DNA of 63,736 nucleotides, filler included, from Reticulomyxa filosa (Eukaryota > Protista > Foraminifera): assembly GCA_000512085.1 (NCBI GenBank). It is 13 parts of 13 records of this genome, joined end to end, with 100 filler letters (N's around TTAATTAATTAA, not from the genome) between each part and the next. Parts side by side here need not be neighbours in the genome. Positions count along the whole stretch, not along the records: positions 38,843 to 40,812 come from ASPP01004469.1; positions 40,913 to 49,557 come from ASPP01007845.1; positions 49,658 to 51,048 come from ASPP01000849.1; positions 51,149 to 52,667 come from ASPP01002430.1; positions 52,768 to 53,969 come from ASPP01048454.1; positions 54,070 to 59,629 come from ASPP01008973.1; 7 more parts are not named here. One strand, written 5' to 3'. Shown here piece after piece: positions 39,536-54,087 of this stretch. How positions within the stretch are numbered: the first letter of the stretch is position 1; the number at the start of each line of letters is the position of its first letter. The position numbers and the translations under genes are program-made. The notes under the pieces were generated by a model, which was not told the DNA's origin, did no database searches, and worked only from the letters and a program-made list of their open reading frames with translations.

Positions 39536-40761
39536 TCAAGCCATCACAGTTCTTTCTCGAAGTTTTTTCCATCTTTCGGCCCTGCGCTGTTCCTGATTGG
39601 AGCGATTACCACTTTGAGTTTTGAATTCCTTGGAGACCCCCTCGTATAGCTCTTTGTCCATTTCTTTGAAAATGCGAATAATGTTGAGTGTCAAGCTGCT
39701 GACAGTGGAATTCCAGTGTGTGGAGTAGTTTTGTTGCAAAGCGGGGAAGATAATGGGTAAGATGCGATCTTTGTGATTGGAGGTGAAAGAAGCAATGGTA
39801 TCATTGTTCCATAAGAATAGGGCTTTTTCTGCGACCTGAAAGTGATGACTGCTAATGGCATTACTGACGCGTTTGAAACAATGGTTCCTGTTTCAATGTG
39901 TTGATTGTGTTGAGTAAAAATATAGATTAGCAAAAATAAAAGCATGTATATATATACATATATGTGTGTGTAAGACATACCACGACTTTTTCAATGAGAG
40001 TGGGATCGGCGAGAGCCAGAACGCCCTCCAGTTCCTCCAAAAATAAGAGTTCTTTTTGACAAGAAGTGACAGGCCAATATTTCAGAATGCCAGACAACAC
40101 GCAGCCGGCGAGGGTGGGATCTTTCAAAATGAATTGGGTGACGCAATAATTGAGCTGGAGATGAAACTGTGACAAAGTCGGTGTTTTGTGCAATGGGACT
40201 AATACTTGTTGTAAAAAGCAGACATGCTCCGACTTCAATGGCAACGCAAACCCGTTGATAATACTTCCCAAAATGTCCAGTAATTCGGCGATGCCGTTAT
40301 GTCTTCGATTTTCGTGAATGACAAGAAAGAGGACGTTGTTGATCGCATTGCGCACAAAAAAGCGAACAGGCATGCAACGGCCATAAATGCGGTGCAAAAT
40401 CATCTTCAAACATTCCCTCTCGCGTGGATCTTCCGAATTGAACAAGTTGATCAAGCGCAGCAAAAACTTCTTGTTTATACATTTTCGAATCAGCTTCGCG
40501 TCCACTGTCACTACACTTTTGTGAAAGATCGCATATACCAATTGCATATGAGGCCACGCCGGGTCGTAATTGGGCTCGTCTTCGTCCGGGTCAAAGTCAT
40601 TAAACACCGGGGGTGGCAACGGCCGAAATATATTCGTTGACACCATGTCCATTATATGTCGCATTATTTCTTCATTGTGTTGCTTCACCTCATCCATGTA
40701 TTCGCTCACTTCTGTCAAATATTGTTGCTTCAACTCGCGTGCTGACAATCTCGTTTCATTT
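39536..40761 (-). CDS. Protein phosphatase 2A regulatory subunit B' (B56), 5'-truncated; one apparent 1-nt insertion near 39875
   Basis: NIFRPLPP, DPAWPHMQLVY, LFNSEDPRERECLKMILHRIYG, HNGIAELLDILGSIINGFALPLKSEH, KYWPVT, HFQVAEKALFLWNN, HWNSTV. Confidence 0.95.
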
Positions 40762-40963
40762 CTTTTTTTTTTTTTTTTTTTTTTTTTATTAACTTTTTTA
40801 ACTTAACTAAAANNNNNNNNNNNNNNNNNNNNNNNNNNNNNNNNNNNNNNNNNNNNTTAATTAATTAANNNNNNNNNNNNNNNNNNNNNNNNNNNNNNNN
40901 NNNNNNNNNNNNTTTTTTTTTTTTTTTAATGCATGGATAGATACAGCTTCATACAACATGTAA

Positions 40964-41519
40964 CTTCTTTGCCGACACGGATGATGCGCTTATTGTTTCT
41001 CACTTTTCGATATGCATGTTTTACCAAAAGTGTTTCGTGGCTTCTCGAGTCGATTCGTTTATTGTGCATTATTTCTATTGCCTGATCAACAACAGACCAT
41101 TTTTTAAAAATGCTTTGTTTACTAAGGAAGAGAGAAAAAAAAAAGACCATCTTCGCTGCATCTGCAGTTTCAAATCGTACAAAGCCTACACCATCTCCAT
41201 ACACTCTTGATTGTGTAATTACTCCAAATTGCTTGAACAGATCGTCCAGTTCCACTTGTGTACATTCCTTCCATAACCCTTTCACGTATAGATTATTTTC
41301 ATCCAGTTCCATTGTCCCATTTGCCTCATCATTTATGTCTATTTCTATTTTACATGTTTTGCCACTGTTTTTTTTAAACATTTTCTTCATGCAAAAAATG
41401 TCTTACATACCGCGGCTTTGTTGGAAGTGACTGTCCTCTTTTTGGATTGGTTTGTTGTCTAATATGTCGCTGTCAGTTTCCAGGTCTTCAACGAGGGGGT
41501 TTGCTTCAGGTACGGTCAT
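40964..41519 (-). CDS. RRM RNA-binding protein (3'-truncated)
   Basis: RNP2 NLYVKGL, LDDLFKQFGVI, RNP1 GVGFVRFET, AIEIMHN, LLVKHA. Confidence 0.85.
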
Positions 41520-42146
41520 GGATAACGCTTATTATTACGAAATGATATAAAAGAGCTCAAATTACTTGGTTTATTACTATTCGCTTGACAGACCAATATA
41601 AACAGAATATTTCTTTTTTTGACGTTTAGTTTTCTGTTTTGTTCTCAGTTTTTAAAAACAAACCTCTCCTTAAACGATTAAAAAGTGAAGTTATGTTGAA
41701 TTGCTTTACAAAAAAGTGATAATTAACAGCAGAATAAGACAAAGTCAAATAAAATACACAATTATAAAATATTACAGGCAGCTGTGCAATACTAAAACTG
41801 TTGGACATTACCACATTCGCATTTTATGTGATAATTATAAGAGACAAAGAAGATGTGTTTTGTACGGCAGAAGCGATTGAAGTGAAAGGAGGAATAATCA
41901 ACGCAATCACACAACTGATATTACATCAATTTCGACCAAAAAATTTGAAAAAGATGTTCAGCAAACAACGAAATGACAACACAATGAAAAAACTGACTTT
42001 CTTCTCTTCTCAAAATGAATTTTTTTGTTGGGAGCACAGAGAATGAGCAACAAAAAAATCATCAAAATAAAAGGAACACAAATACAATAACCAAGCACAA
42101 AAAAATATGAAGAAACTAATACAAAAAAATAAATACAAAAAAAATC

Positions 42147-45100
42147 TCAATCATTTTCGAAAAATTTTACTTGTTTAACTTGTTCTAAAGATTTTGAAAT
42201 ATTTTCTAATTCAGTGGTTAATTGTGTTACTTGGGGCGCACTCTTAGTTTTGGTTTCTGTGAACGCCTTGCAACTTCCCAGAAGCAAAACTAATTTATTG
42301 TAAACCATCTTAATATGCTTTGTCTCTAATTTCTGCTGCTTGTTCTTGTCAGTTTGCCAGTGCGCATGCTTTTCTGCTTCCGAGTGCATCATTTCGAGAT
42401 TTTTTATTGCAGTGTGCCAGTGATTGATCAAAGTGTGCCGCACCTGTATGTGAAAAAGCATCATGCCCACCCTCATGTTTTCGGATTGCATTCGATACAA
42501 CACCGTTTCTTTTAAAAAAGTTTAACTTTATCTCTGGAAACATCTTTAGGGCGACAGAGCAAAAGTAAATGGAACATGAATAAAGCTAGCTTTTGTTTAA
42601 GTAATGTTTTGTACTTGTGTTGCATGTATCCACTCGCATTTGCAGGTAAGCGTTCAACGTTCCACAATTGTTGAAATGAGCATTTGAACAATTGTTCGAA
42701 TAAAAACGCGTAATGAGCCCGCGTTGGAATACTCATCAAAGCACTTACAGCACAAAGACGCGTTTTGCAATTGTCATCTTCGTCAACAATTTTGTACAAA
42801 TCATAAAATAGTTTGGCCGTTTTTTGTAATGACTGCTTGGATTGGAGGTCCCCCAACTGAGAATTGGACAATATCAATCCCGAGGTACAACACGCACTCC
42901 ATTGCTCTTTGGGCCTTCCAGTATTGATTAAGAGCTCTTCCGATATGGTTTGACAAATTCGACACCATTGGGGTTCATTGTCATTTTCTTTCTCTTCTTT
43001 CTTTTCATTGTCAACCGATTCATCATTTCTTTCCAAACGCATATGATGACCAATATATCCAATGATTCGCAAAACTTGACAAATGATATCCGATTTCATT
43101 ATTCGCTTGGCATGAGTAATATCAAGGGTATTATCACTCTTGACTGTCTTATTGCGAGATTGATTTTGTTGTAATATGAACAGTCTTTTGGTTGTCAAAA
43201 TATCACAGCAAATTTGCAATATCTCATCCATGCATTGTTTTGTTAACAACAATTCAATGGATTTCCTTACCGGCAAGCATTCATAATCGCCCCAGTCTTT
43301 ATGAAATTCTTTGGCCACTCTTAGAATCGTAGGCTCATCTACTCGTCGATATCCTTTTCGTTTTGAATATTGTCCAATGTCTTTGTCAATAGACAAAGAT
43401 TCCACGCTCGCATTCACTAATACCCCAATATCACTGCCAGTCATTGGAACCAATGTCGGTGGTAGACTGTTCATTGCATTCCACAAAGCATTAGAAGGCG
43501 ATGAAGAATGGACCGACGCACTGGCTGCAGCGGCCGATGCATTACAAGGATCGCACATGTTTGCTAATGCCAAGGACGCTTTTATTCCAACAACTGGACT
43601 TTCCTGTCCATTGCTTCAATCAACAACAAGAAAAAAAAAAGTCTGTCCAATTCATGTAACAATAAACATCACAAATAAAGCAAAAATGTATATGCATATA
43701 TATGCATGTAACAGTAAGTTTCGAAGGCATTGCGTTAGCAATTGAGCAGACGTAGCACAAAATTGTTTATCATCAAGAAAGGTGCTTAAAGAGCCGATAA
43801 CTCGACAGGCAATGGCGCGAACATGTGGAACTTTTTCTCCAATCACACTGTCGTAGACACATTGAATAAGTTGCTGTTGACATTCCGACGAGAACAAATC
43901 CCAATGCCATTTTTTAAAACATAGCAAAATATTCAATAGCTTGCCTCGTATTCCACTGTGTTCCTTATTGTTTTTATATCGATTAAACAATCGAGGAAGC
44001 CACTGTTCCATGATTCTTACGCAGTCCGACAATCGCAACACCTTTTTTTTTTTTTTTTTTTTTGCATCAATTGCAATCATTTGTATTACAAAACAAAACA
44101 AAGAAAAAAATTGATTGAAAATCCAAAGGTTATGTATGCGATTTTTTTGTTTGAACACCTAACCAAACACGGCATCTTCAGGAGTGACTCCAGGAGAAAT
44201 AGGTACAATGACCATCCAATGGTGGATCATTTTAAGAGTTTCCACAACAGTTTGCATTTGCGCGGATCCCAAACCTATGGCCACAGCATCCTTTAACCCT
44301 TTGGACCACCATTGTGCCAGATACGTTCGATAGTTCCTTGCCATTGAAGAGATAACACTGCGGGCATCTCCACTGCCTTCGTTAGTTGCGTTGCTGTCTT
44401 GTTTCGATGGATGGGCCATCTCTTCATTTTCGATATCGTCTTCGTCCAAACCGTTCATTGGATAAATGGTAGGAGGATATGAATTGGCAACCTCGACGAC
44501 AGGTGGAGATTTGAGTTCTTGCAATATGGTAGTCATGATGTTAATAGATATGGAGGAATTGCGTTTATAGATAGGAAGAATCGTCTGTTTGTCTTCTTGT
44601 TTTTTTTCTTGGGTTTTGTGTTTGTTGCCGTCGCTCGAAACATTAAAAAATACGTCCAATTCTTCAATGAAGCATTTTTGATCAAAGATCGCCGCCAAAA
44701 GTACAAATAGGCCCGTTTTGAACTGCCTTTGGCAGAGCCTATTTGTGTCAAACGATTTCTGTTAATTGCGACAAGTATCCTTCTTTCAGTCTTGAACAAT
44801 CTGTCATTTGAACTACTGTCTTCAGACATTTTACAATCTATGGCAATTGCAAAAATCAAAAGATATATAATTTTTTTTGTTGAAAGATTGTTTAAATGTC
44901 CAGATTAACGGCGTTGGACAAAAAAGGCGTTTTTCATACAATTTAAAAGAAACTTCAGTTTTGCAAGTATCTTGTGACTCTTGTGAGTCCAAAGAAAACA
45001 TCAATCCATAATGTATGGCCTGCAAAATGCTTAAAGCCCGATCAGACATTGGAGTAAACGCAGTTTTGCTAGCGTTGGTGGCGGAGCGACTTGTCACATC

Positions 45101-47082
45101 CGCTGCTGCTGCTTTTGAACTGCCTGTTGTTGTGGTTTGATGAATGCAAGCAAGCAAACGAGGCAATGGACATTTGTCCATTAAGCAGTGCAAAAACGCA
45201 AATGCGGCATGTCTCACGCGGGGATGAGGGTCATAAATCGTTACAGTCAATATCGTTGGTCCTCCAAAAGGCTTTCTGCTAATTGCACTTCTCTCGTCAT
45301 TTGGAAGAAGTTTCCTCCACATATCATCGAATATTTTTGGACAAGCACGCACTAATGCATGCAAACACTGTTGGATTTGATGTCTCAGTTTTGAAAATAC
45401 GTCACTGAAACAGTCATTAACAAACAGAGCCATCAATTCGATTCACACACATACAACGTACAAGATTTCTTCAATATAGTTATTCTTATACAACATATAC
45501 AAATAAAATAAAATAAATTAAAAAAAAAGAACAGAACAAGGGCATGAAGAAGGTGTTTTCTGGAGTGAATTGGTCGATATGTTCCCGTTCGGTAGAAGAC
45601 AGTACGTTCTCACTGGTATAGCCAATACCGTAATGTCGTGTGATTTGATGAAACTCTTTCCCTGCCCAATCGAATGTGACACGATTTCTGTGTCGATGTC
45701 TGTTCGTGGATGTGGCCACTTTAAAATTGGTGTTGGAGCCATTCGGATCGTCGTTCTGAGATAAATGTTCTTCACTTGTCATTTTCAAATGAGTGGATAC
45801 GTCTTTCAACACATGCTTTTCATCACCATTGCTATTCCCATTGTCATTTGCATTATCGTCAACATCACCATTTCCATTTTGCTCACTTCTGGTGCCAATA
45901 ACCATCAGTTTTTGCAATATCCGAACGGTTTCAGTCCAACAACCATCTTTAATCCAATAAATTCCATTGGTTTCAGCATTGCCATTGTGCCACGAAGACA
46001 TTTCCACAATAATTTTTTTTAGTGCGATTACAATCGGGGTTATATTCCTACTCAAGTCATGCGTGTTTTCGATAATTACTTTTGGATAATGATAGTATTC
46101 GTTATAGATTTGTTGTAAGCATTCACAAATAGATTCAACAATCGTCGGGTGATTTCGAATGATCAGAGGAATGCACTGCTGTTCGCTATTCCACGATTTC
46201 AATATTACATGAGAGATACACATTGCGGCCAATTTCCGTGCATTCCAAACAAATCGACGAGCGTCTCTTGCATACAATGGCAGTTCCAAGTCGGGATTAT
46301 TCATCGGATCAGTAGAACTGTTACCATTTTCAAGGCCATTACGTTCATCCATGCAGATATTCGCTTTCATTAGTAATAATCGATGAACGTCAAAATAATT
46401 ATTGTATTTATATCTTTATGTATATACATATATATGTATAATTATTTGATTGGCAATGGATGAGATAAAAAAACAAAACAAAACACCTTTGGTGAAGATT
46501 ATCAGGCAGGAGGAACTCATCAGGAAACAAATCGACGTTGGAATGAATGGCAGTATTTTTGGTATGAAATTGTTGTTGTTGATGCTGTGAGGCCATACGA
46601 TTTTTGGAATACATATAATAATGAAAGTACAATATTGGAATGATATATTCATGTTTGGATTTGTTGGTATTAAGTATGGAATGCAATTGTTGATAAATAT
46701 ACTCATTATGAGTATTTCTTGGCATGCTTGCCAATATTTTCATGCACTCTTGCTCCACGTTGACGTTGATCATTGGCGAAATTGTCAGGAAATATTCCTC
46801 TAACACGCTTTTTGGCAGGACGCTGCTTCGTTCAAACATTATCATTCCCAATGACCGAAGCAGTGAAGACACGCATTGAATATACTCAGACTTGCTCAAA
46901 CAATTGCGTAAGTAATGTAACAGTTGCTGTAACAATACTTGCAAATGCGTACTATTCCAATGCACTGCCACCATCGGAGTACATTTGTCTATCCATTTGC
47001 ACAAGGGTCCTATATAACGGATCGATAGTCGTGGCAATAACTTGGTTAGTCGAAGAGTCACATCTCCAAGGCGCTGTACCAT
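42147..47082 (-). CDS. HEATR6: HEAT repeat-containing protein 6-like; multi-exon
   Basis: DUF4042-like segment TILTVTIYDPHPRVRHAAFAFL...TAFTPMS...LQAIHYGL; VRAIACRVIGSL; KASLALANMCD; NCKTRLCAVSALMSIPTRAHY...KYKTLLKQKL..FHLL. Confidence 0.78.
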
Positions 47083-48850
47083 TTATTGTTACAACTCTCT
47101 GTTTACGCAAGTTCGCGAATGTTTTAACTTTTTAAAAAACAAAATTAAACAATAGGCAATTGTCTCTCCTCTCATATTGCTTTTGTTTTGAAGATTTCAA
47201 ACTTGAAATGGAACGTGTTGCTTGACGTTGTTTCGAGACAATGACTCATACATTGCTTCAATCAATTCGTCATATTCTTGAAATCTGATAAAAAGGACAA
47301 AGTTCAGTGCGAGTTTTCTTTCAAAAAAAAACTTGTTTTTTATAGGATATGCAAAATTTCAATTGTTGGTCTTTATTCTGTTTACACACATATCACATGA
47401 ACGCTCGTCTCTTGAATTTGACTGTGTTCACGCAACAAAAAAAGTTTTTGTGTTTGTTTTAAAGAAGCACAACACAAGAAAACCGCAGAGCTACATTTTT
47501 TTCCCAGGCAATAATCTTTTGTTCTACTGTTTCCCACAAAAATTTGGGCTGAAGATGTCCAAATTGGCTTCGTGTTTGTTTCATGAGGTTATCTTTTTGG
47601 GTAAATCCAAAATTTGAATTGTTGGCAAGAATCTTTTATATAAAACTCTTCGTTCTCTGACAGTTTTTCTTATCTTTTTGTAAACTTGAAAAAGCAGTGT
47701 GAGATTGAGAAAACTACAAGTTGTTTTTAATTTTTGAAGAAAGAGAATTCCTAATGATAAAATGTGACGAGTAAGAATTGAACATTTTTCTTAAATTAAT
47801 TCTTTACATTTTCAATTGGCTTCTATTTTTCCTAGTTTCCTGTTATTTCCTGAAGGAGCGATCTATTGTTCCTTAAATCATGTTGAAGTCATTCTCTAAG
47901 ATCTTTCTGGTGAATGACTGCTGAAAAGATGAGTGCAGCATGATACAGTTATTGTTATTTTGAAAACTGCAACAAAAAAATAGTTAAGTAAAGGAAGTAA
48001 AAAACAAAGCAGAGAATGAAAGAAGTAAGAAATGAACTTTGGAAAAAGGGGTTCCTAAGTTTGACGAATCTTTAAATTACTAGTGCCTATATTGTTAAGG
48101 TCTTTCATGATCTTAGCTTAAAATACTCCATTGTGTTAAAAAAATTTGATTGGAATTGTTCGAACCATGTTTTCGTTATAAAAAGTGACGTCACAGTAAT
48201 TAATTTTTTTTTTAAGATCACTTTGTTTATACGTATCAAGTCCTTTTGAAGTGATCTTGATATTCGCGAGCCAATGCCCAGAGAAAAAAAGTCTGAAAAT
48301 GTCGTACATTACCAACAATTTCCAAAAAAATTATATATTTGTTAAAATGAATTGTAATCTGTACAAAATATGATTGAAGACATATTGACGATACGAATCA
48401 CTAAGCCAAAATAAAAGCTTTGCTTTTGAGATTGAATGTTGTGCCAGCCTTTGGCAATCAGCATTAATTTTTTTTATTCTGAACTTTAAAGTAGACTTGA
48501 AAGAGAGACCTAACATCAGTACTTTGAGATGATTAAATAGTTTACTCTTTTCAATATTTTTGATTTTGCAAGATTTCTTTGAAACTAAGCTAAAAAAAAT
48601 GGATATTTTGAACGTATTATCTACTGGAAACTGTCGGCCATGTGTTAATTAAAGTAACATGATTGATTTTAGCATTATTTGTCCATTTTCTTTTTTTGAC
48701 TTTTTGATCATTAAGCAGACAGTCATTTCATGCACCCTTATTCTGAGATTATTTCAATATCGCGATTGGCAATAAAGAGCTCAAAATAAAAAAATTGGAA
48801 AGATCAAAATACCCACAGAAAAAGTAACACTGTTGCCAATTGCCAACATT

Positions 48851-49480
48851 TTATTTACATACGTACAATTTCCTTTTTTCAATTCGTTGTCTGTCAATAC
48901 GTAGTTGAAGAAAGATTTTCCTAAGGAGAAGGTAGTTTTGTGTGCTCAATGTATTTCTTATAAGCTCGGTTGTGGCGAAGCGAGTGTAACTACCTCTCAT
49001 TAATCGCAGCAATTCACTTAATACATCATCAAAGATAAAGAGAAGATCAGACAAGGATATCGCATCCAAGTTATCTGTTTGTCTTTTTGTAATTTTTTTA
49101 GTTTACTCTTTTCAAAAAAAAAAGTGTGATTCATAAAATTTGAAGAGGCCAAGCAGAAATATAAAAAGGTAATAAAACATCTTCTCAAAAGATCAAATTT
49201 GACTTTTCTCCGAAGTAATAGCGCTGGCTATTCTCATGGATATGCATGTCGTACGCATTGAGGTATTGCTTAAATACTAGGCATAGCACCTTGATTGATG
49301 GACAGTGATGAATCATAACCAAAATGGTTGTGATGGCTCTGCGTCTGTTTTTTTCTTTTTTTTGCAAAATAATATAGCCTACATGACAAAAAAAAGTTAA
49401 TTTGTGAAGAAATTTGCTTTATTATCATGATATAACTCCATCTTGATAATGTGGAACTGGTTTGTGATTGCACATTGGTG
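48851..49480 (-). CDS. Fragment of a possible RGS-domain protein (5'-truncated, possibly degenerate)
   Basis: LFIFDDVLSELLRLMRGSYTRF resembles the RGS C-terminal FD..Q.EI..LM..DSY.RF signature. Exon structure unresolved. Confidence 0.35.
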
Positions 49481-50355
49481 GAATCGGATGTCGTCCATTT
49501 CTATTGACTTGGATCTGGTGTCTATTGTTTTAAGATTGCAAGAAGGGAATAGAAGAANNNNNNNNNNNNNNNNNNNNNNNNNNNNNNNNNNNNNNNNNNN
49601 NTTAATTAATTAANNNNNNNNNNNNNNNNNNNNNNNNNNNNNNNNNNNNNNNNNNNNTTTTTTTTTTTTTTGTCAGAAAGAAGAAAAATAGGGAAATGAA
49701 TGCTGTATGTGCTTTGTGTGGTGTATTTTAGTTATTTATTTATTGTCATTTTTTATTTTGTTATTTTTGCTCTTGATCGTTATTTTCTTGTTTGGTCTTT
49801 TGTTTTGTCAAAAACACAAGACAGAGCGGTGTATTCAAACGGTTTTTTTTGTCATTGTTTTGTTGTGTTTGTTTTATTTCATCAATCGTGTTACTTGATC
49901 GAAATCAGCGATGTTTTTTTAGTGAACAAGTTTGTAAGAATATGTTTTCGTAAGAAAAAATTTTTTTGTTTTCTGTTGACATCTTCGGCATTAAAACTTC
50001 TTATAAGTGATGCAGCTTTGATGAATATCATAGATTTGGAAGAACAGAAAAGTACGTGAAGTAGAGATATGCGTAAACAAAAAAGTTGTGCTTGCTCTTT
50101 TGAAAGTTATAAAGAAAATTCAGTAAGTATGTCCCTAAGTTGTTTTATTCAAGTACTACCTTTACGAGCGCTCAATGCTGCACACTAAATTAAGTATTTC
50201 AGTGAAACAAATAATTAACGGTAAAGTGCTTTACAAAAAAGTTGAGACAGGGTTTAAAAAAAAATTGTGATATTTTGAAGTGAAAAATCCACACAATCAT
50301 ACCAAACCGCGTACTTTATCCATTATCAATTTGAAATTTCATCTAATTGGTGTAT

Positions 50356-50938
50356 ATGGCTGCCCAAAATGAGATAGTGTGGATTTATCATGAACGACAA
50401 GAGTCAGCTTTGTGTGCTAGGCACTGCTTGAACAATCTATTGCAAGGCACTTTTGTCTCAGAGTTTGATTTGGCAAAAATAGGTAATTTTTGGTTCTATT
50501 ACTACTATTTTTTGGCCATTCACGCAAACACATTGACACTTTTTTTTTTCCTTTGACAAGGGCATTGGGAAAAATGTCTATTGTTTTGTTTTCAACAAAA
50601 TGTATCCAATTCAAAAACTGAAATGTATAAAACAAAAATGCACGTAGCGCAAGAACTCGACAAGGAAGAGCACGATTTAGTAGCTCAAGGAGGGGACGAT
50701 GAAATGATAAAATGGATGAAAGTTCTACTTTCGAATCTTTTTGTTTGCTTGCTTTTTTTTTAAGGCAGCATTGCGACACTTTGGAATGACACAATCAAAA
50801 AAAAAAAAAAAGGAGAATAATGAAAGTCAAAATGTTGGTCTAGACGGGAATTTTTCCGTTCAAGTGATTCGCCGAGCATTAGCGAATTTGCATTTGGAAC
50901 TGTTGGATCTTGGTAGTGAGGAAGCTACTGAAGCCGCA
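50356..50938 (+). CDS. ATXN3: Ataxin-3 (Josephin deubiquitinase), 3'-truncated
   Basis: IYHERQESALCARHCLNNLLQG (catalytic Cys), DLAKI|AQELDKEE, SQNVGLDGNFSVQVIRRAL. Confidence 0.92.
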
Positions 50939-51285
50939 GTTTTGTTTGCAACGGAGAGCATCCTCAAAAAAAAAAAAAAGGCATTGTGTACATATGCATA
51001 TTTTTTTTTTGAGGAGCACATTTGAACGTATGTTTTTTGCATGTGCATNNNNNNNNNNNNNNNNNNNNNNNNNNNNNNNNNNNNNNNNNNNNTTAATTAA
51101 TTAANNNNNNNNNNNNNNNNNNNNNNNNNNNNNNNNNNNNNNNNNNNNGCTTGATAAATGTTCAATTTGATTGTATCATCAACACTTTGGACGCTCCCTT
51201 TGTTGATATTAAGAAAAATTCAAACATTTTTTCATCGTATATCATCTAAGACAATCTCAAGAAATAAAGCAAAAAGTGTTGAAGA

Positions 51286-52150
51286 ATGGTCGTACTTTAC
51301 AAAAAAAAAGAAACTCCAACGCAACTCTCAATGGTAAGCTTCGTTACAAGCTTTTAAAAGTTAGCTTTCTCCGGGATTTTTTTGGTATTGTATATGTTTG
51401 TAATTGAATTAGTTAGAAGAAGAAGGAATCCAATTAATTATTCAACATTGGATTCGAACATCGAGTATCAAATTAGGGTGGATCACCGATTTTGACAGAC
51501 TTGTTGTCAATTATGTTACGCTTTTTATTTTTTGTCCAATTGCGATCAAAAATATTCAAATATTACTTATTATATATTATTATTTAACATAGGCAGCAAC
51601 CTTTTTCATGTTTGATACGTTTTGTTCATACTCTGAATTACTCAAAACATTCAGTTATACTAGTACTGTATGGAGTATTGATTGTTCAATATTTAGTGAT
51701 TGTCAGGTCATTTGTTCTGGGTCATCTGACAAAACAGTTCGTGTATGGGATGTAGAGAACAACAAGCAAAATCAGTTATTCTATGAGCATTCAGATGACG
51801 TGCATTGTGTTAAGTTTTCAACATATCATTATAATAGTAATCGTCAAAATGTCATTTTTTCTTCATCACTTGACAAACTATTCATTTTTGGGATATCAAA
51901 GATAATCAACAATTGTAATTATTCGATGGACATATAGGCTGGGTTAGTGGCATTGAGTTTTCATCATTTAATAGTAGTCGATATTTGTGTTCTGCATTTG
52001 GCGACAAAACTATTCGTCTATGGGATGTTGAAACGTCAAAGTCATTACATGTTTTCAATGAACATACAAATTGTGTTTGGCTGATATTCACATTGCAAAG
52101 CAACAATAGCATCAGTTTGCTAACAATACAATATTTGTTTGATCTTGAGT
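51286..52150 (+). pseudogene. Lineage-expanded WD40 family member with N-terminal HWIR motif; frameshifted and truncated
   Basis: Exon 51413-51514 encodes LEEEGIQLIIQHWIRTSSIKLGWITDFDRLVVNY. Repeats ICSGSSDKTVRVWD and YLCSAFGDKTIRLWD follow; frameshift near 51877 and decay after ~52080. Confidence 0.7.
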
Positions 52151-52807
52151 GAATAAATGAAATTATTTTCGACAAATAATTAATGTATATATTTCTATTT
52201 TCTCGCTAAACATTCAGTTTGCGATGTTCAAATGCATTCGATCTGATCAAAACTCAAATGTCATACAAAGCAGGTATGATTGAATATTTATCATCTGTAG
52301 TAAATACAGTATAATACAAAGGAAAGTTAACACATAAAACGGCACCTTATAAAGATGATTGATTTTCTTCATGAAAAAACAGCGACCTAATTTTTTTTTA
52401 TTTCAAAAAATATCTATGGATCGTGTGGTTTTTATATCATTTTGTTTTTATTAGATCTTTACTAATTGTTCTAAATTTTTTGTTATCAAAAAATTTTTTT
52501 TTGCAGAACTTAATGTTATTTTCAAAGTTTGTACATTGTGAAGGCATTATTGTTTTTTGTTTAATGCAAACAAGTTAAGTAAATTCAAAGCTTAAGAACT
52601 GAAAATTTTTGTTTGTTTGAAGGTTTTTTTAGTGAAAATTATCATTTGATTAAATCACTTTTTGCATNNNNNNNNNNNNNNNNNNNNNNNNNNNNNNNNN
52701 NNNNNNNNNNNTTAATTAATTAANNNNNNNNNNNNNNNNNNNNNNNNNNNNNNNNNNNNNNNNNNNNAAAAAAAAAAAAATACACTAGTAAAAACCAAAC
52801 TTGTTAC

Positions 52808-53912
52808 TTCAATAATTCGTGATGGCGTCAAGATATTTCCTCGTCGATGACGATAAGCTCGATAAGCCAACACTTGGAATTGTGTCCACCAACTAGTTGC
52901 CCATTTTTTGTCATCGACCTTGTCGTCGCTATACATGGTCATCGATACCGATCCGACTCTCGATTTCGCGAGTGGCTTTTTTTCCTCCCCGTTCACTAAT
53001 ACTTCTCTCTCTGTCGTCGCTGCATTCGGAGATATGTCTCCATTCTTCTCTTTTTCTTTTTCTTTTTCTCTTTCTTTTTCTTGTTCTTGTTCCTGCTCTT
53101 CTTCCTTTTTTTCTCGTATCAGCGCTTCTCCTTTTTCTTTCCACGCCTTTTCGTATGCGTTTATAAATTTTTTTTTTTTTTTCAAATTCAATTCAATTTT
53201 TAACATGTACTAAAAAAAAAAAAAAAAAAAATCACACTTTTCGTTTCTATCTCATTTGAGTCAATACATATTACATATATGTATATATACATTACACACA
53301 TGTACATACATACATATATTTTTTTGATAAACAACCAAAAACAAAGCAAAAGGGGGAAAAAAAAGCATGCTTAAAACTACAATATATTCTCTCTTCCCCA
53401 CACGCACAAATTAAATGCGATTGAATATTGTTTGGTTATTTAAATAAATGTACATAAAAGTATATACAATATAAGCGTATGCGTACATATTATATAAGAA
53501 CCTGAATCAGATTGGTCTTGATTTGCCCTTTGTCTTGAAGCATTTCATCTTCAGATTGGAAGCTGTCTGTGATCAATTCCAACAAGAAGTCCGCAGGATT
53601 GAAATGGATCGGACACGGATACCCCACTTTGCTAAGGTAGTGCACTGCATTGTTAGCATTGCCATGATAAATCACATGTCCCCAGCCCAATAGCAACAGT
53701 TTGTCAAATTTCTATTCATATTTTTTTTTTTTTTTTTTGGAAATAAAAAAGATAAAATAAACAAACAAACAAACGGAAAAAAATTGTATAATAAACTAAC
53801 TGCAAACATTTGACTGGAAGGCTGGTGGATTGCACACACTACAGTGCGACCTTGACGACACAATTCCTTGAGTGTCATCAGCATGTTGAATGCGCTCGTC
53901 GAGTCCAGCCCA
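52808..53912 (-). CDS. ABCG (white-family) transporter, internal fragment
   Basis: GLDSTSA, GRTVVCAIHQPSSQMF, FDKLLLL..GHVIYHG, GYPCPIHFNPADFLLEL, WATSWWTQFQVL. Confidence 0.92.
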
Positions 53913-54087
53913 CTTTTTTAAAAAAATATTTATTTGTTTATTTCAAAATAGTGATCATAAAAAAAAAAANNNNNNNNNNNNNNNNNNNNNNNNNNNNNNN
54001 NNNNNNNNNNNNNTTAATTAATTAANNNNNNNNNNNNNNNNNNNNNNNNNNNNNNNNNNNNNNNNNNNNAAAAAAAAAAAAAAAAAG

